Shown in pieces: positions 61,825 to 64,000 of a DNA stretch of 64,000 nucleotides; positions within the stretch are counted from its first letter, which is position 1; every line of letters begins with the position of its first letter. The position numbers and the translations under genes were made by a program. A model generated the notes under the pieces. That model was given only the letters and a program-made list of their open reading frames with translations, ran no database searches and had not been told where the DNA came from. This stretch comes from Anolis carolinensis (Eukaryota). The stretch lies in NCBI RefSeq assembly GCF_035594765.1, contig NC_085845.1, positions 177,646,897-177,710,896 of the forward strand, given 5' to 3'.

Positions 61825-62130
61825 ACTACACAGAGAAGCCACTGAAATTCCAGTATTTTAAAAACTCTAAAATCAGGACAGTAAGTAAAGAACACCACTC
61901 AGAAAACAGAGAAATCCCAGACATGAAACAATCAGGGCCAGCTAACACCTCCCAACAAAGGATTCCCTCAGGCAGGAAGCAGCCAGGTCTTGAAGTTGCA
62001 AGGCTTTTCAATGCTAATCAAGATGATTAATTACAACATTTACACTTGCCTCCGGAAGACAAGAGTTCTTTCTCCCACCCTGGACCTTTCAGAGATATAT
62101 AAACTCCACTGGCTTAGTTTTCCAATATAC

Positions 62131-62182
62131 CTCACAACCTCTGAGGATGCTTGCCATAGATGGGGGCGAAACATCAGGAGAG
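62131..62182 (+). ncRNA. Hammerhead ribozyme motif, partly degenerate
   Basis: CTGAGGA at 62141-62147 and GAAA at 62168-62171 are retained; GTC->ATC breaks the ACGT palindrome. Confidence 0.6.
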
Positions 62183-62319
62183 AATGCTTCTGGGACATGG
62201 CCGTACAGCCCGGAAAACTCACAGCGACCCAGTTCCCCCCTTTTGCTTATCCAGTTCCCCTACCACTCTCACTTTGCCTTACTGCTTTTGCTTAAATTGG
62301 CCAGTAGGTGGTGACCAAG

Positions 62320-62521
62320 AAAGGCGGGGGACTTCTACTGATGGAGTTTGACCCTCCGCAGGCGCCGTAGATCCTCTTCTCGACTGCTCTGGGAATATTG
62401 CCTTTGCTGCCTGTGCCCGCCTACTTTCTTATCGGCTTCCGTACTCGCGTTAAAGGGGACGTGACAGGGAGTGAGCAGGAAGTGTTTGGCTTGCCTCAGG
62501 TTTTCCCTCGCCGCCGCAGCC
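62320..62521 (+). promoter_or_regulatory. RTCB CpG-rich promoter / 5'UTR
   Basis: CpG-rich stretch directly upstream of the ATG, with GGCGGG, an ETS site (CAGGAAGT) and an ACGTGAC motif. Confidence 0.65.
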
Positions 62522-62614
62522 ATGAGCCGAAGCTACAACGATGAGCTCCAGTTCCTGGACAAGCTCGACAAGAACTGCTGGCGCATAAAGAAGGGCTTCG
62601 TGCCCAACATGAAC
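62522..62614 (+). CDS. RTCB: RNA 2',3'-cyclic phosphate and 5'-OH ligase RtcB, coding exon 1 (gene continues beyond the window)
   Basis: GCAGCCATG Kozak context; [31 protein letters not shown]; donor |gtgagt; syntenic with BPIFC. Confidence 0.96.
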
Positions 62615-62664
62615 GTGAGTGGGCCCCGCTTGGCCTCTTCAGGCCATGTGCTTAAGGTATATAC

Positions 62665-62866
62665 CAGGCATGGGTCAACTTGGGCCTTCTCTTCAGGTAT
62701 TTTGGACTTCAACTCCCACCATTCCTGACAGCCTCAGGCCCTTTCCTTTTCCCCCTCAGCCGCTTAAGCGGCTGAGGGGGAAAAGGAAGGGGTCTGAGGC
62801 TGTCAGGAATGGTGGGAGCTGAAGTCCAAAATACCTGGAGAGACGGCCCAAGTTGATCCATGCCTG
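62665..62866. mobile_element. Fold-back hAT MITE in RTCB intron 1
   Basis: TIR CAGGCATGG; near-perfect 202-bp palindrome centred on CCGCTTAAGCGG; TSD GTATATAC/GTAAATAT. Confidence 0.85.
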
Positions 62867-63399
62867 GTAAATATGAATCATAAATAGACCAGGGTCCTTT
62901 CGTTTCCCTTCATTTCCAAGATATCCCATTATGTAAATATATATATGAATAAAGGCATTCCAGAATCCGAAACCCAAGACGCTTCTGGGGCCAGACGTTT
63001 CAGATGAGGGATAATCAATCTGTACTGGCAGCTTCATGTATCAGCAAAGGGAGTGGCAACTAATATGTCCTCAGCTCAGTTGAGATGCCGTTAACCCACA
63101 GCCCACTTCGTAAAACAAACAGGTACTGACGAAATAATCCAGAATAACCCCACATGTAAGCATAAAATTAGAACCTGACATAAATAAATTAAACAAAATG
63201 TAAGCAAACAAAATTATATACAGTATAATGACATAAAACCTAAGCATAAAACATCCACATTGATTTACTGGAGCCAACCAGAGTTCATAAAGTCATATGA
63301 GTTGATTGTATAGCTAATGATGACTGCTCCGCCAACATGGACTAGCAGGGCCCGAATACAACATTAGTTCTCAACCAGAGGTCCAAAAGTGATCTCTCA

Positions 63400-63620
63400 T
63401 TATCTAATCCTCCTCTCCGTATGCTAGTGAGTTGAGATGAGTCTTCAGTTGTTTTTTGAAGGAGAGGAGGGAGGGGGTCATCTTTATTTCTTTAGGGAGG
63501 AAGTTCCAGTGGTGGGGAATGATCACAGAGAAGGCCCCCTCTTTTGTTCCCATCAGCCTCACTTGACATGGGGGTGGGACAGAGCGCAGGGCCTCCTCTG
63601 CTAACTGCAGTGCCTGGGCT
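63400..63620 (-). mobile_element. L2-type LINE ORF2 C-terminal fragment
   Basis: GAFSV..P..WNFLP.EIK..PSL.SFKKQLKTHL motif. Confidence 0.7.
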
Positions 63621-63734
63621 GGTTTGTAAGAGGAGATGCAATTGGCCAAACAGCCAGTGAAGCTGCTGCAACATGGGAGTGAATCTCTCCCTGTACGGAG
63701 CTCCTGTTAGTTACCTGGCTGCCAACAGAATTTT

Positions 63735-63945
63735 TTCACAGAATCCTAGAGTTGAAAGAGACCCCAAGGGCCATCCACTTCAACCACATCCAGTCCAACC
63801 AAGGGACACAGAATCAAAATATCCCAACAGATAGCCACCCAGCTTCTGCTTCAAAGTCACACTCCAAAACAGCATACCCCACTGCCAAACAATTCTCACC
63901 ATAGAATGTCTTTTCCAGCGTTTTGAATCCATTGCTCCATGTCTT
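63735..63945 (-). mobile_element. Old CR1 3' end
   Basis: AGAATCCTAGAGTTGAAAGAGACC...GGCCATCCA...CAGATAGCCACCCAGC similarity to the other CR1 tails. Confidence 0.6.
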
Positions 63946-64000
63946 AGGCCCCTTCTACACTGCCATATAAAATACAGATTATTTTATTTGAGTAGTGTAT

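Larger units (their letters stand above)
60828..62232 (+). mobile_element. Degenerate Penelope-like fragment with a nested SINE
   Basis: ORF 60915..61406 (HTVYRKPTHT...GVYRIPCSCGQVYIG); pLTR at about 61870-62232. Confidence 0.88.

Overview
Squamate (lizard) genomic DNA, most consistent with an Anolis-type genome judging from the repeat content. The window carries the amniote syntenic block SYN3-FBXO7-BPIFC-RTCB. In order: the last coding exon of SYN3 (+, stop at 536); a complete 9-exon FBXO7 (-, 22833->6270, 1542 nt, 513 aa); a complete 15-coding-exon BPIFC (+, 37549->57711, 1449 nt, 482 aa); and coding exon 1 of RTCB (+, 62522-62614). All reconstructed introns are GT-AG and phase-compatible. 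Introns and intergenic DNA are densely packed with transposable elements: Penelope-like retroelements, R4/Dong-Rex6 LINEs sitting in (TAA)n tracts, RTE/BovB, CR1, L2, tRNA-derived SINEs, hAT and Tc1/mariner MITEs, two copies of a chimeric non-autonomous Helitron, and a probable solo LTR. The most notable non-genic signals are four. (1) Five copies of a minimal hammerhead ribozyme carried by Penelope pLTRs, including a sense/antisense pair (105/106 nt identical) inside one BPIFC intron and a 137-bp ribozyme-only insertion with a 12-bp TSD. (2) A palindromic two-way polyadenylation site between the convergent SYN3 and FBXO7 genes. (3) Two tandem arrays of palindromic units. (4) Loss of the conserved R(Ar)DP motif arginine in FBXO7. 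Gene and family identifications rely on recalled homolog sequences, not on database searches.
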